Assembly (NCBI GenBank): GCA_977017575.1 | Contig: CDRNVI010000024.1 | Span: forward strand, 124,001-188,000 | Direction of reading: 5' to 3' | Origin: Paramoeba atlantica | Taxonomy: Eukaryota > Protista > Discosea | Length of the DNA stretch: 64,000 nt | Part shown: positions 51,577-61,013 of the stretch, piece by piece | How positions within the stretch are numbered: position 1 is the first letter of the stretch | Layout of the letters: each line of letters opens with the position of its first letter | The notes under the pieces: model-generated | What the model was told of the DNA's origin: nothing | Databases searched by the model: none | Seen by the model: the letters and a program-made list of their open reading frames with translations, nothing else | Position numbers and translations under genes: made by a program

Positions 51577-51857
51577 CTGTGTACAGTTGTATGTCTACGA
51601 CTCCTGAAAGAATATGATATGCATTTGTCACAATGGACCGCAAAAGCAAAATTAAAATTAAAGCAAGAAAAACTGCAAGAAAAATCCGCAAAACTAGCTT
51701 ATGGTATCACTAATGTTAATGATATCAATATTAGTACAATCTAGATTCCTAATTAATCTACGTATCGGAAGCTCGTCTAACAGATATTTTTTCTATGTAG
51801 GAAAGAAGGCCAGATTCTACGTAGGAAAAGGAGACATTAAGATGATGAATTCGTCTA

Positions 51858-52763
51858 CTAGAACCACCACAAACGCTTCTCGATCCACCAAGGAATATCG
51901 GGATGATCGGAACTGTCACGTACGCCTTCGACACGAGTGTGATGTGTTCCCTCAAATGAAATATCGTGTTCTTGTACTAGTTTATGGTCTAAACTTGAAG
52001 GTACATCTTCGCCTTTGTCGTTTACTTTTACGCTATTCTCAGTGGACACCCCGGACGTTAACAGCGGACGAATCTGTGGCAGATATTTCTTAGAACCGGC
52101 TAGCTCGTGCGCTTTCCGCTGTTCCTCAATAAAAGGTAGACCGAATTTATCTTCAAAATCCGTCTGACTAATGTGATACCATGAACAGGTATGAGAAGAG
52201 GGAATGTATACCCCGCGCGAGTGACATGGTACTTGAATTTGCATACTGATCAGCGATTGCTCATCTACCCAGCACCGAGAACCACCTCGAAGAAGACTAC
52301 TTTGCTTGCGGATTGAATGCCATCTTGATGACTCTAGCCCTCGAATCAGTGCGTTAACATGAAAATGTTTCCAATGGCGCGGCCTTCCTCCGTTGATAAA
52401 TAGCGTTTTTATATCACTAAGTTGCAGATCTTGAACTCGAAACATAATGGGGTAGTAGGGTGTGGGTATAGGAGGGAGAATATAACCCTTCTCTAACATA
52501 AGAGCACCCGTTGCCATGTTCGTTTGTTTGCCAAAAGGCAATACAATCATTTTCACTGCTAATTTCAAGTGACGGACGGCATATTCCGTAATAAAGTAGG
52601 GTGTAGAGAGATATTGCCCTCCATATGCTTTAGCGTAGAGAAGTAAAATTTGACAAATGGAGAACGGAGCGACGGGTAGTCCAGTCATCACATCAATCGG
52701 AGTCGTGTCATTCCGTAGAAAGCCGAGCGCGTTTTGTTTGATAATCTTCGTACGAAAGGACAA
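51858..52763 (-). CDS. Tc38/p38-like (ArdC-N-related) ssDNA-binding kDNA protein
   Basis: PIDVMTG...LLLYAKAYG....PYFIT and a second repeat ending WYHISQTD. TTG start or first ATG at 52688. Confidence 0.5.
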   Translation of the reverse strand: MSFRTKIIKQNALGFLRNDTTPIDVMTGLPVAPFSICQILLLYAKAYGGQYLSTPYFITEYAVRHLKLAVKMIVLPFGKQTNMATGALMLEKGYILPPIPTPYYPIMFRVQDLQLSDIKTLFINGGRPRHWKHFHVNALIRGLESSRWHSIRKQSSLLRGGSRCWVDEQSLISMQIQVPCHSRGVYIPSSHTCSWYHISQTDFEDKFGLPFIEEQRKAHELAGSKKYLPQIRPLLTSGVSTENSVKVNDKGEDVPSSLDHKLVQEHDISFEGTHHTRVEGVRDSSDHPDIPWWIEKRLWWF

Positions 52764-52954
52764 CTTTTAAGAAAACAAATCGAGACTAAGAAACATAAGG
52801 AGTGATGGTGAAATTTCTTATCTCTACAAGAGAAGGGCAAAACTGATCACCAGCCAAAAAAACTTGAAATAAAAGGAAAAAGAAATCAAAAAGTGTAAAT
52901 CGATTCTGTGCACGACGTACAGTGTATTATGTACGTTACTGTGTATCATGCTTT

Positions 52955-53725
52955 TTACGTATCCACAGATTTGCATTCAACGCCTTGCCGGCATTTCCAC
53001 TCTTCGTCTTCAGTTTGGTAGAGCTTTTGGACGGACCGTAACTTATTGTGGACGGAACATACTTTTCGCGTGGCACTAACACACGGGTACTGAGGCAAAC
53101 AGCATCCGTCCACGACGTACTCTTTTAAGTGATACGCATAGTGTTTGAAACAGCGAGCGTAGGCCGGGTCCGTGCGGTAACGTTCAAGCCTGCGCAGTCG
53201 TTTATCTATGTCAGAATCGGAGGGACAAGTGCACGGTTCCTTTGCGGGACAAATCCATTTGTCATTATCCGTGTCATACACCATACGACGTTTCCACCTT
53301 TTCATGTTGTGTTGGGAACATAGCACTGTAGGCTCTGCGGTATCAAGCTCTGCGGTGAATTGCCCATTATCTGACTTATTTTTAAACGCTGCAGCATCTT
53401 CCATAGCCTCACTCTTACATCGAAAATTTGACGTGCATCGGTACAGTGCAATATTAGCAAGATTCGCTGAGCGAACTGTGTAATTTTGCAAAAAGCTGTC
53501 CACTGTCGATTTTTTGAGCTGTTGCAGCTCACTTATCGGTCGTATTATGCCATGTACCACACACGTAGTCGCAAGTTCTTGCTTGTTCCCTTTTACAGGT
53601 TTTCTCTTCGGTGCGCAGTACTCTCGAATACTCTGCGAGAATACTCCATCTGATACAGAGGGCACATTAGTTGGAATTCGTACATTTTTTACATTATAGC
53701 ACAGAATTCGCCTCGGTAGGAGCAT
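52955..53725 (-). CDS. Protein with four C-x2-H...C-x5-C putative zinc-binding repeats, mitochondrial-type N-terminus
   Basis: CVVH..CTSNFRC, CSQH..CPAKEPC, CFKH..CLPQYPC, CSVH..CRQGVEC. Confidence 0.65.
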   Translation of the reverse strand: MLLPRRILCYNVKNVRIPTNVPSVSDGVFSQSIREYCAPKRKPVKGNKQELATTCVVHGIIRPISELQQLKKSTVDSFLQNYTVRSANLANIALYRCTSNFRCKSEAMEDAAAFKNKSDNGQFTAELDTAEPTVLCSQHNMKRWKRRMVYDTDNDKWICPAKEPCTCPSDSDIDKRLRRLERYRTDPAYARCFKHYAYHLKEYVVDGCCLPQYPCVSATRKVCSVHNKLRSVQKLYQTEDEEWKCRQGVECKSVDT

Positions 53726-53883
53726 TGAAACAAAATACGAGAAAATTCGTACCTATAGTACCGAATTTTGTAGAATTAAACAAGGACATTTATCAACGAA
53801 TCGCCCCTTCATATTTACGCACACCAAATAATTATATTCATCCATCAATATTTTTGATTTCAAGGCGCGCCATGGATATGCGC

Positions 53884-54684
53884 TTAGCCTTCGAAAGGTT
53901 CTTCCGCAACCTTTCTTTTCCTTTCCTTATCAGATATGCCGGACTCACTAAAATTTGACATTGGCGACAGTGAAGGCAGTATTATGTCTCTCAATTCGAA
54001 ATATTGTGGAAAGATAATTCTTCGAACCGCAAGGAGGATAGCCCATCGAAACGCACGTGTGAGAAGATGGCTGTTTTTAATTTCCCATCTAGAGCCTATA
54101 CATGATCCGAAGTGAAAGTAAAACGAGGGTTCCTCAAGGAGACAGAACTGGACATAATGTTTCGCACATTTATTTGTCTGCGAGGTTTCATCCTCCTGGT
54201 AATCAGTCACACCTATTTTTATGCGAATCAAAGCGACTAGACGAAGATTCGAAAACTTTACCGCAAGAGGAAGCAGGCCCAATGATGAAACCCGTAGGGC
54301 CCCGCGAATGCCAAGTTGAAAACTGCCACTATACTCCACAAGCATATCGTAGTCCAGTTCTGTTGCCGTGGAGCGATTTCGTATGACAAGCATACGTGGC
54401 ACCTCGACTCCCAAGGAAAAGCATGAGAGTGAAGCACTCGAAAGCGGCGAATTTTGCAAAGCTAGGAGCATTTGATCTGCGACGTTCTTCTCCAATAGCT
54501 CTAAATTATTACTCTGGTTCATCCAGAGTTCGACAAGGTACAGTAGCCAATCTGCACATTCTGTGGTGTCCTCCGGTATACGATATGTCGGCTTGGATGA
54601 GTGGCGAATTACATCGTTCTGTCGAATAAGAAAAAGAATACTCAAGCTCACTAGCAGCAGAGAGGTCAGCACAACTGCGAACAT
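53884..54684 (-). CDS. TM + SMP (Mmm1/synaptotagmin-like) lipid-transfer protein
   Basis: N-terminal TM, ECADWLLYLVELW, FSLGVEVPR, VEYSG, FCLLEEP. Confidence 0.7.
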   Translation of the reverse strand: MFAVVLTSLLLVSLSILFLIRQNDVIRHSSKPTYRIPEDTTECADWLLYLVELWMNQSNNLELLEKNVADQMLLALQNSPLSSASLSCFSLGVEVPRMLVIRNRSTATELDYDMLVEYSGSFQLGIRGALRVSSLGLLPLAVKFSNLRLVALIRIKIGVTDYQEDETSQTNKCAKHYVQFCLLEEPSFYFHFGSCIGSRWEIKNSHLLTRAFRWAILLAVRRIIFPQYFELRDIILPSLSPMSNFSESGISDKERKRKVAEEPFEG

Positions 54685-54931
54685 TACGTTCGGTTCCTAA
54701 TCAGGCACAGGAGATGCGAATGAGAAATTTTTAATTCAAGTGAAGTAGGGTGCAGCATACATGTACATAGGAAATAGGGGGGAAGTAAAATTTTCAAAAC
54801 CAAACTGGAATATGGTTACGTGGGATACAATCAAAAGACAAGTTACACCCCTAACTGGTTGTACACTTTTTCAGAGTAGTAAATTTTTTTGAAGTGCATT
54901 TTCGCGCAAAAACTCAGCAAAAGCAAGTTTC

Positions 54932-57649
54932 CTATTTTTGCTCTAGCGAAGTATATTTTTCCATGTCTTCCTCACTCAGAGAGGGAGATAGAGCTTTCAA
55001 AGCTCCGACAAGATGGCTCTGATTAATTATTATCTCCCCCGTGTCGTCCAAGGCCTCGAGCAACGCATCGGAAACAAGATTATAATAATCTGCCCCAGTG
55101 TAAGCCCCTAACCGAGGCATTCTGTCAATAAGTGCATCCAAGTCTACGTCAGAATCCAATTTGCACTTCCGCGTAAGTGACTCTAGAACGCTTTTAATAT
55201 CGTCCCGCTTACGTGGAGGGCCCAGATAGCAGCTCTGGTCAAACCTACCAGGTCGAAGCAGCGATTTATCCAACAGGTCGGGACGGTTAGTCGCGCCCAG
55301 CACGAAAACAAAAGCATCATGTTCCCCGCTCAACGCCCCATCCAGCTCAGCCAACAGCTGCGAAACAATGCGATCCATCACACCCCCGGAATCTCCTTTC
55401 GCCCCCCGTCGTGGGGCCAACGCGTCCAGCTCATCAAAGAATAAAACGCACGGACTACATGCTCGCGCATCGGCAAATGTTTTTCGCACATTTTTCTCGG
55501 ATTCCCCAACGTACATGTTGAGTAACTCCGATCCCTTGACATTTAAAAAATTCATTCTACATTCTGTGGCCACAGCTTTGGCTAACAGCGTTTTCCCACA
55601 CCCCGGGGGTCCATACAGGATCATCCCGGAGTGCTGGGCGACCTTGCGAAGCTGGGGGTGACGCAACGGAAGGTAGACTTTCTCCAGTATCTTTTCCTTC
55701 GCCTCACGAAGCCCTCCAATGTCATCCCAGTGGGTGCGTTCGATTTGGGTTGAGGTTTGCCGAACACCAATACGGGACGCGTGCTGATGGATGGCATCGA
55801 GGAGCAGTTTTTCCGAGATCACGGTATCATGGGGAATTGTTGCAGCTACAGCGGTAAGATCACGATAAGACATAGCATTGGTTGCGGACGCTACCACTTC
55901 CATGTCGATAGCCCGGCTTAACACCCGGCGACGCAATAAGTGGGGAAGATAGCTCCGCCTTTCCTGCTCGGAGGGATTCGAGACGATGTGAACAATGGGA
56001 AAGAGGTAACGAAATGTGTTGGGACATTCTAAGTCTTCGACGCAAACAATAATGGGCGTGAGGGTTGAGATTTCATGAAGGGTTTCAGCTAGTGTCTGTA
56101 GTTTAACGGTATCGTCATCCAACACAATGTTGTGGAGGATAAAGCAACAGGAAAAATCTTGCCCACCTAGACGTTTAAGAGAAGACAGAAGCTCTGCATT
56201 TCCTAAAAGAGCAAAGTGTATAGAGATGGGATTGTACCCCGCAGACTGCACCGCGCAACACATTTGCTGAGAGAGAAGATTCTCTTCGGAGCCGAGCGCA
56301 AGGAAGGCGTATGACTGCAGGGCACGATCACCACACGTCTGCTCTTGTCGCACAAGTTGCCTGGAGAAAAACATTTGACATACCTTACTTTTCGTTTCTT
56401 CAAAGCATGGCAAGTATTTTATCTCATTCGATACAGGAACTGAGGGTAAAGGGCCGAGAGTAGCAAAGGTGCCTGAATGGTTGGCAATCCCTTTCACGCA
56501 GTGCGAGCTTCCCAGAACCACGGAAGCCGAGCCGGTTCCTGAGCCTTCTACTCGAAAATAGTTATATCGCGAACCGTACTGCGTACTGCTATGAGGCAAT
56601 ATGTCTTTCACACATGTAGTTTCTAGTTCCCAAAAAGAGTTAAATCCGTTGGGCTGAATAGCACAGGCAATCATATCACCGTCATGCCATGTTAGGAATG
56701 GTTTTTGATTTTCGATGTAGCTGTTTATCGATTCAGAGACATACAGCTCTTGACCTGTGCGATAAATATCAGCCTTGTCAACGGGGTGTAACGTTACGGA
56801 AGAAGGCGAGGAATCAGTATCGTGTCTTGACAAAACGTGCATCGCGATGCTAATTTCTTTAGGTTCTGAACCCGATAAAACATTTTCCCTGGTTAGATTG
56901 TGAAACGAAGTGGGAGATATCAGCGCGGATAAACCACTTCTGGTTTCTGACCTAGCAACAACCAGTAAATTTGAAAGCTCTTCACTACCTTTTTTTAAAA
57001 TACTATGCTGCGAGTGCAAAATGAATGCTCGACGAGTACCTAACAGTACTGGTTGTGTAGATATTAGCCCCTGTGACCGCAACGTGAATGTCGACATCAC
57101 CAGTATCCCATCTAGTCCTTGAAGATAGTCGCATGGTATGCAAGAGATAATCATAGTAGGCGTTTTTTTATCAACGACATTTCCTGTGATCTCGGCTACT
57201 ACTCGTGACGTGCTTTGAATTAAAGGGCTAATGACAGGAATTTGAAGAGAAGCTAGTAAGCTGAGTGGTAGGTAAGGTGTTTCATTCTTTTCCGAGGATC
57301 TCACACAGATACCAGCACCTTCGTTTCTCCTAGAGTGGTTGAATAAATCGCCATTACCAACTGGATTTTCAGCACCCTCAATAATAGAAATCGATGTTTT
57401 TGCCGTAAATTCGCCTATGAGATGAGGGAAACTGTCAATCACTTTAAATCCAACCTTCACAGGAGAGCTCTTTTCGGGAAACGTGAACTCAACATCAAGA
57501 ATGTGATCTCTCGTCACTTGTACACCTTCTAACTTTTTTCTTAGTTCACTGATCTGAGCTGAAGAGAAAGGGAGTTCCAAAGGAGAGTCTACATTATGTA
57601 ACAACACTAGGCTTTGTAATACTTCTGCAACAGCGTTCTCGGAGCTCAT
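54932..57649 (-). CDS. PEX6: Peroxin 6 AAA ATPase
   Basis: WDDIGGL, GPPGCGKTLLAKAVATEC, VKGSELLNMYVGESE, FFDELDALAPRRGAKGDSGGVMDRIVSQLLAELDG; degenerate D1 domain. Confidence 0.92.
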   Translation of the reverse strand: MSSENAVAEVLQSLVLLHNVDSPLELPFSSAQISELRKKLEGVQVTRDHILDVEFTFPEKSSPVKVGFKVIDSFPHLIGEFTAKTSISIIEGAENPVGNGDLFNHSRRNEGAGICVRSSEKNETPYLPLSLLASLQIPVISPLIQSTSRVVAEITGNVVDKKTPTMIISCIPCDYLQGLDGILVMSTFTLRSQGLISTQPVLLGTRRAFILHSQHSILKKGSEELSNLLVVARSETRSGLSALISPTSFHNLTRENVLSGSEPKEISIAMHVLSRHDTDSSPSSVTLHPVDKADIYRTGQELYVSESINSYIENQKPFLTWHDGDMIACAIQPNGFNSFWELETTCVKDILPHSSTQYGSRYNYFRVEGSGTGSASVVLGSSHCVKGIANHSGTFATLGPLPSVPVSNEIKYLPCFEETKSKVCQMFFSRQLVRQEQTCGDRALQSYAFLALGSEENLLSQQMCCAVQSAGYNPISIHFALLGNAELLSSLKRLGGQDFSCCFILHNIVLDDDTVKLQTLAETLHEISTLTPIIVCVEDLECPNTFRYLFPIVHIVSNPSEQERRSYLPHLLRRRVLSRAIDMEVVASATNAMSYRDLTAVAATIPHDTVISEKLLLDAIHQHASRIGVRQTSTQIERTHWDDIGGLREAKEKILEKVYLPLRHPQLRKVAQHSGMILYGPPGCGKTLLAKAVATECRMNFLNVKGSELLNMYVGESEKNVRKTFADARACSPCVLFFDELDALAPRRGAKGDSGGVMDRIVSQLLAELDGALSGEHDAFVFVLGATNRPDLLDKSLLRPGRFDQSCYLGPPRKRDDIKSVLESLTRKCKLDSDVDLDALIDRMPRLGAYTGADYYNLVSDALLEALDDTGEIIINQSHLVGALKALSPSLSEEDMEKYTSLEQK

Positions 57650-57773
57650 GAGTGAATCATCAAAGATAAAAGGCTTAAAATATGCACACTAAAAATATTC
57701 TGTGGAGACTGTTCTTCAACCTATCCTTGTAGGAACTACAATTCACCTTACCGTATTAAGAGCAAAACATGAT

Positions 57774-57832
57774 TCAGTTGAGGTAAACTGTTTCAAGGTC
57801 AATCAAACGGCTCTATCCTATGAAATCATCAT
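57774..57832 (-). ncRNA. Possible box C/D snoRNA
   Basis: ATGATGA ... TTGA ... CTGA over 59 nt on the transcribed strand. Confidence 0.3.
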
Positions 57833-58112
57833 GCAGAGTAGGAACTGAGAAAGTCCGTTAAAGAAACGAATGCTGAACATAAATTTTACAATACAATGTT
57901 GACAAACATACATGACATCGACGAACATACATGACATGCATGTTATTACATGTATGTATTACATGTTGTGGTGAACATGACATGTATGTTATTTTCATTT
58001 ATAGCAGTATCAATAAAGGACTCTTTCTTCAATAAGTCGCACTCAAAATTAATTGCACGTTTGTGGTAAAGCATGTGCTGAGACAGTACCCCATATCGGC
58101 AATTACGGTGTA

Positions 58113-58814
58113 CTACATATCCCCCAAGTAGTCTAACAATTCTTGTCCACTTATAATTCGAAACTCGTTTGGAAGAACTATTCCTACTTCGATGCTTTGA
58201 GAACTTAGCTTGTCGTCCATACTTTCCTTTAGTGTAAGGAGGGCTGTGTGTATAGCATCTTCGCGGACCATGTCGGCCACGTACCTCTTTTCTAAATACG
58301 TTCGGGCAGTGACTGCGTTTCGTCCAATAGCTGTTGCTTTCCACGGAAAGTAGCTTCCACTGGGATCGACTTGGTACAAAGCACTCCCTAACGTGTCCCA
58401 ACCACACACAAGAAGGGAGACACCAAACGGCCTCACACCACCACTTTGAGTGTACTCCTGCATTACTTCCGCAATCTCACGAACAAGCTGCCGAACCGGA
58501 ATAGGTTCCTCATACTGCAAACGGTACACTTGGCAAATCTTTCGCGCCTTCGCAACTAGAAGCTTCGCGTCTGGGCCGATGCCACTGTAGACGCATCCAA
58601 CATGAGAGTCCAAGAGAAAAATTTTATGTACGTCTTCCGCAACGACAAGAGATGTGGGCACCCGGCGTTCAGTTGCAATAACTACCCCGGTTTCGGTTTT
58701 AATGCCCAACGAAGAGCCACCATGTCCCACAGCCTTCAGTGCATATTCAATCTGCAGCAATTTCCCGCTTGGGTTAAAAGTTGTGAGACTAAAGCTGTAC
58801 GCTCCGTCAGACAT
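58113..58814 (-). CDS. PSMA2: 20S proteasome subunit alpha-2
   Basis: YSFSLTTFNPSGKLLQIEYAL, YTQSGGVRPFGVSLL, QVDPSGSYFPWKATAIG. Start ATG at 58814. Confidence 0.97.
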   Translation of the reverse strand: MSDGAYSFSLTTFNPSGKLLQIEYALKAVGHGGSSLGIKTETGVVIATERRVPTSLVVAEDVHKIFLLDSHVGCVYSGIGPDAKLLVAKARKICQVYRLQYEEPIPVRQLVREIAEVMQEYTQSGGVRPFGVSLLVCGWDTLGSALYQVDPSGSYFPWKATAIGRNAVTARTYLEKRYVADMVREDAIHTALLTLKESMDDKLSSQSIEVGIVLPNEFRIISGQELLDYLGDM

Positions 58815-59056
58815 GATTGCGAGAGTAAAGCTAGAAGTTAGACACACTTGATGAGCGATATTTGATAAATAAAAAATATTATTGCGACTATTCCACGAGA
58901 GCTTTGAGCACGATCAAAATATATTTTCAGTATCAGAATATATTTTGAGTGGAAAACAACACAGGAAACCTGAGAGTTAAAAACGTTAATTGGACCAGGA
59001 TCGCATTTTACAGAGTAAGAGTGCAATTCTATACGACTGCAATACAAATGTATTAT

Positions 59057-59114
59057 TCAGACTCTTCCTAGTCACATAAATCATGGTCGATCACGTTATG
59101 AGTTTTATCATCAG
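59057..59114 (-). ncRNA. Possible box C/D snoRNA
   Basis: CTGATGA (C), GTGA (D'), ATGATT (C'), CTGA (D) over 58 nt. Confidence 0.3.
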
Positions 59115-59439
59115 CTAGAAAGGAAAAATCGTATCCCAGAATCCTACTTCTCTGTGCTGGGCTGATACAAGCGATTAATGAAAGCCAGAGCTTTAAAAAT
59201 CATAATTACAGTTCGTGATAATGCAGCGTGCATCAATGGAAATCTATTTTGTGCCAGAATGCGTGTCCCCCCAAAAATAGAAAATCGTACGAACAAAGTG
59301 AATAATCTCTGTATATCCTCAAATTGATACAGTTCACGTAAATACCTCGGAACAAGGGCTTTAAACCTCACGGCATAATATGGAATTTCTCATACATTTT
59401 AAAAGATACTGTCCTTCTGTACTTTGTTGGTACATAACC

Positions 59440-59790
59440 TTAGCCCAACCTTTCTTTCCTCGGCAACGGGCAAACTCTTACTGAAACTTTTATACCCGTT
59501 GCCGGCCAACACTAAGGCCGGAACCGTTCCTCTTTATTGCTGAAGCGGGGAACGCGCCCTCACCCCTCCCCGGCTCACTCCCCTGGTGTGAGTGTGCTTC
59601 CCTCTCTCGGCTCTCATCTCTCTCTCTTGTACCTTTTCGAAGAGGCCAGGCATCACGGTGTCCTCCGTCGAGGACCATTAGACGTGTTCTTCGCTGCCCG
59701 CGACCCCCAGCTCTCTGCACCTAGCGGTTGCCCAGCTCTCCGCACCTCGGTTTTCGGGGAAGCCATTGGGTCGAAAAACGGAGGCATATA
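59440..59790. other. GC-rich, structured, non-coding island
   Basis: 10-bp stem 59461-59504, CCGGCC/GGCCGG, CGACCC/GGGTCG, 17-bp near-tandem repeat at 59706 and 59731. Confidence 0.5.
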
Positions 59791-59875
59791 AGAATTTTTG
59801 AAAATCAATATTCACAACATGTAGGAGAGTGGAATATCGCTGAACACCAGTCTTTGTACTAAATCAGTCAAATCT

Positions 59876-60442
59876 CTATTTCTTCATATCGTCAATTTCT
59901 ATGATCGATGTCTCATGTACTGGGCAATAAGACAAACTTGAAGGGAGCTCACTTGCTCTCTTTGTTCCCGTAAGGCCTGTATTGTGCCGCAATGCTAGAG
60001 TCCGCATACCGGAAGGAAGACAAGAAAAATCAACGTGCCCACTTAATTGATTTCGGGAAAAAAATATTTCTTCAAGGGATTTAGGAAGGTGACACAAATC
60101 TGGAGTGCCGGTAAAGTTGTTGTACGAACCACGAAGAAAAGCAAGATTTGGCGGCAAGTCACTGAGGTCTACATCACCTGATAATTCGTTGCGATGAACA
60201 CAAAATCTTACCAACGAACGGGGAAACTTTTCCCATTGCAAAGTTCCAATAAGATTGTGACTGTCCACTAAGAATTCGGTGAGTATTCCATCCTCAGAGC
60301 ACCGTACTCCCTTCCATTTGCATGCAGCTGTGTCCGCTGTCCACGATGACAGCGGGTTACGAATATCTTTAATCATTTGAAGCAGCATGAATTCGGCGGG
60401 TAAAGATGTACCTCGCACTTTGTGAGCACGCCGGTAGTCCAT
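59876..60442 (-). CDS. Short LRR protein, paralogue of 50797-51375
   Basis: WTADTAACKWKGVRC cap; LPPNLAFLRGSYNNFTG, LPKSLEEIFFSRNQLSG. Confidence 0.85.
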   Translation of the reverse strand: MDYRRAHKVRGTSLPAEFMLLQMIKDIRNPLSSWTADTAACKWKGVRCSEDGILTEFLVDSHNLIGTLQWEKFPRSLVRFCVHRNELSGDVDLSDLPPNLAFLRGSYNNFTGTPDLCHLPKSLEEIFFSRNQLSGHVDFSCLPSGMRTLALRHNTGLTGTKRASELPSSLSYCPVHETSIIEIDDMKK

Positions 60443-61013
60443 GTATAAACAATTTAATTTATTACACTTTGTTCCAAAGAAAAAGAAATTTCAACGAAAT
60501 ATTCACCTTGATCTAGAAGAAAGCGACAAGCAAACCAAGTAGCAAACATGAAATTATTTCCTTTTCTCAAAACGTGCTGCAACTACTACTAGTAGCAGTA
60601 CTGTAACTATGGCACATGTCTACAAAGTTTTACAAACCAATTCGTAACCTGTACAGCATACAAATGATGGAAAAAGCAAAAGAAGCACATACACTAATCA
60701 TCGACTGAACATCTGCCAGCCACGCAAACAGCGCTTTCGTGCTATACAAACAGCAAAAATATTTTTCAAGTTTGTTACAAGATTAGTATGATATCAAATC
60801 TCCAAAAAACTGAGTGCATAAAGCTAATCTGGACGACACACACTATTTTGAGCCCAAAACTACCAATAAGTTCTGTTCAGCCCTCTCCTCAATTACAATG
60901 GACAACTTCTTTTTCGGATCTTGCATCATGCCGCCCAATAAAAAATGCAATGAATGATGATTCCTATCGCATTTAGCAACCGCTAATTGAATTATTCACA
61001 TTATACCATGGCT

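Noticed and set aside
51490-51600. CRISPR-like repeat
   Set aside because: Only two 23-bp copies, no unique spacers, no cas genes, eukaryotic context.
22787-57649. Functional clustering of lipid and peroxin genes as an operon-like system
   Set aside because: Kinetoplastid clusters are not functionally organised; these genes are interspersed with unrelated housekeeping genes.
59690-59775. HDV-like ribozyme
   Set aside because: P2- and P4-like stems exist, but P1 and P3 cannot be formed in the required order.
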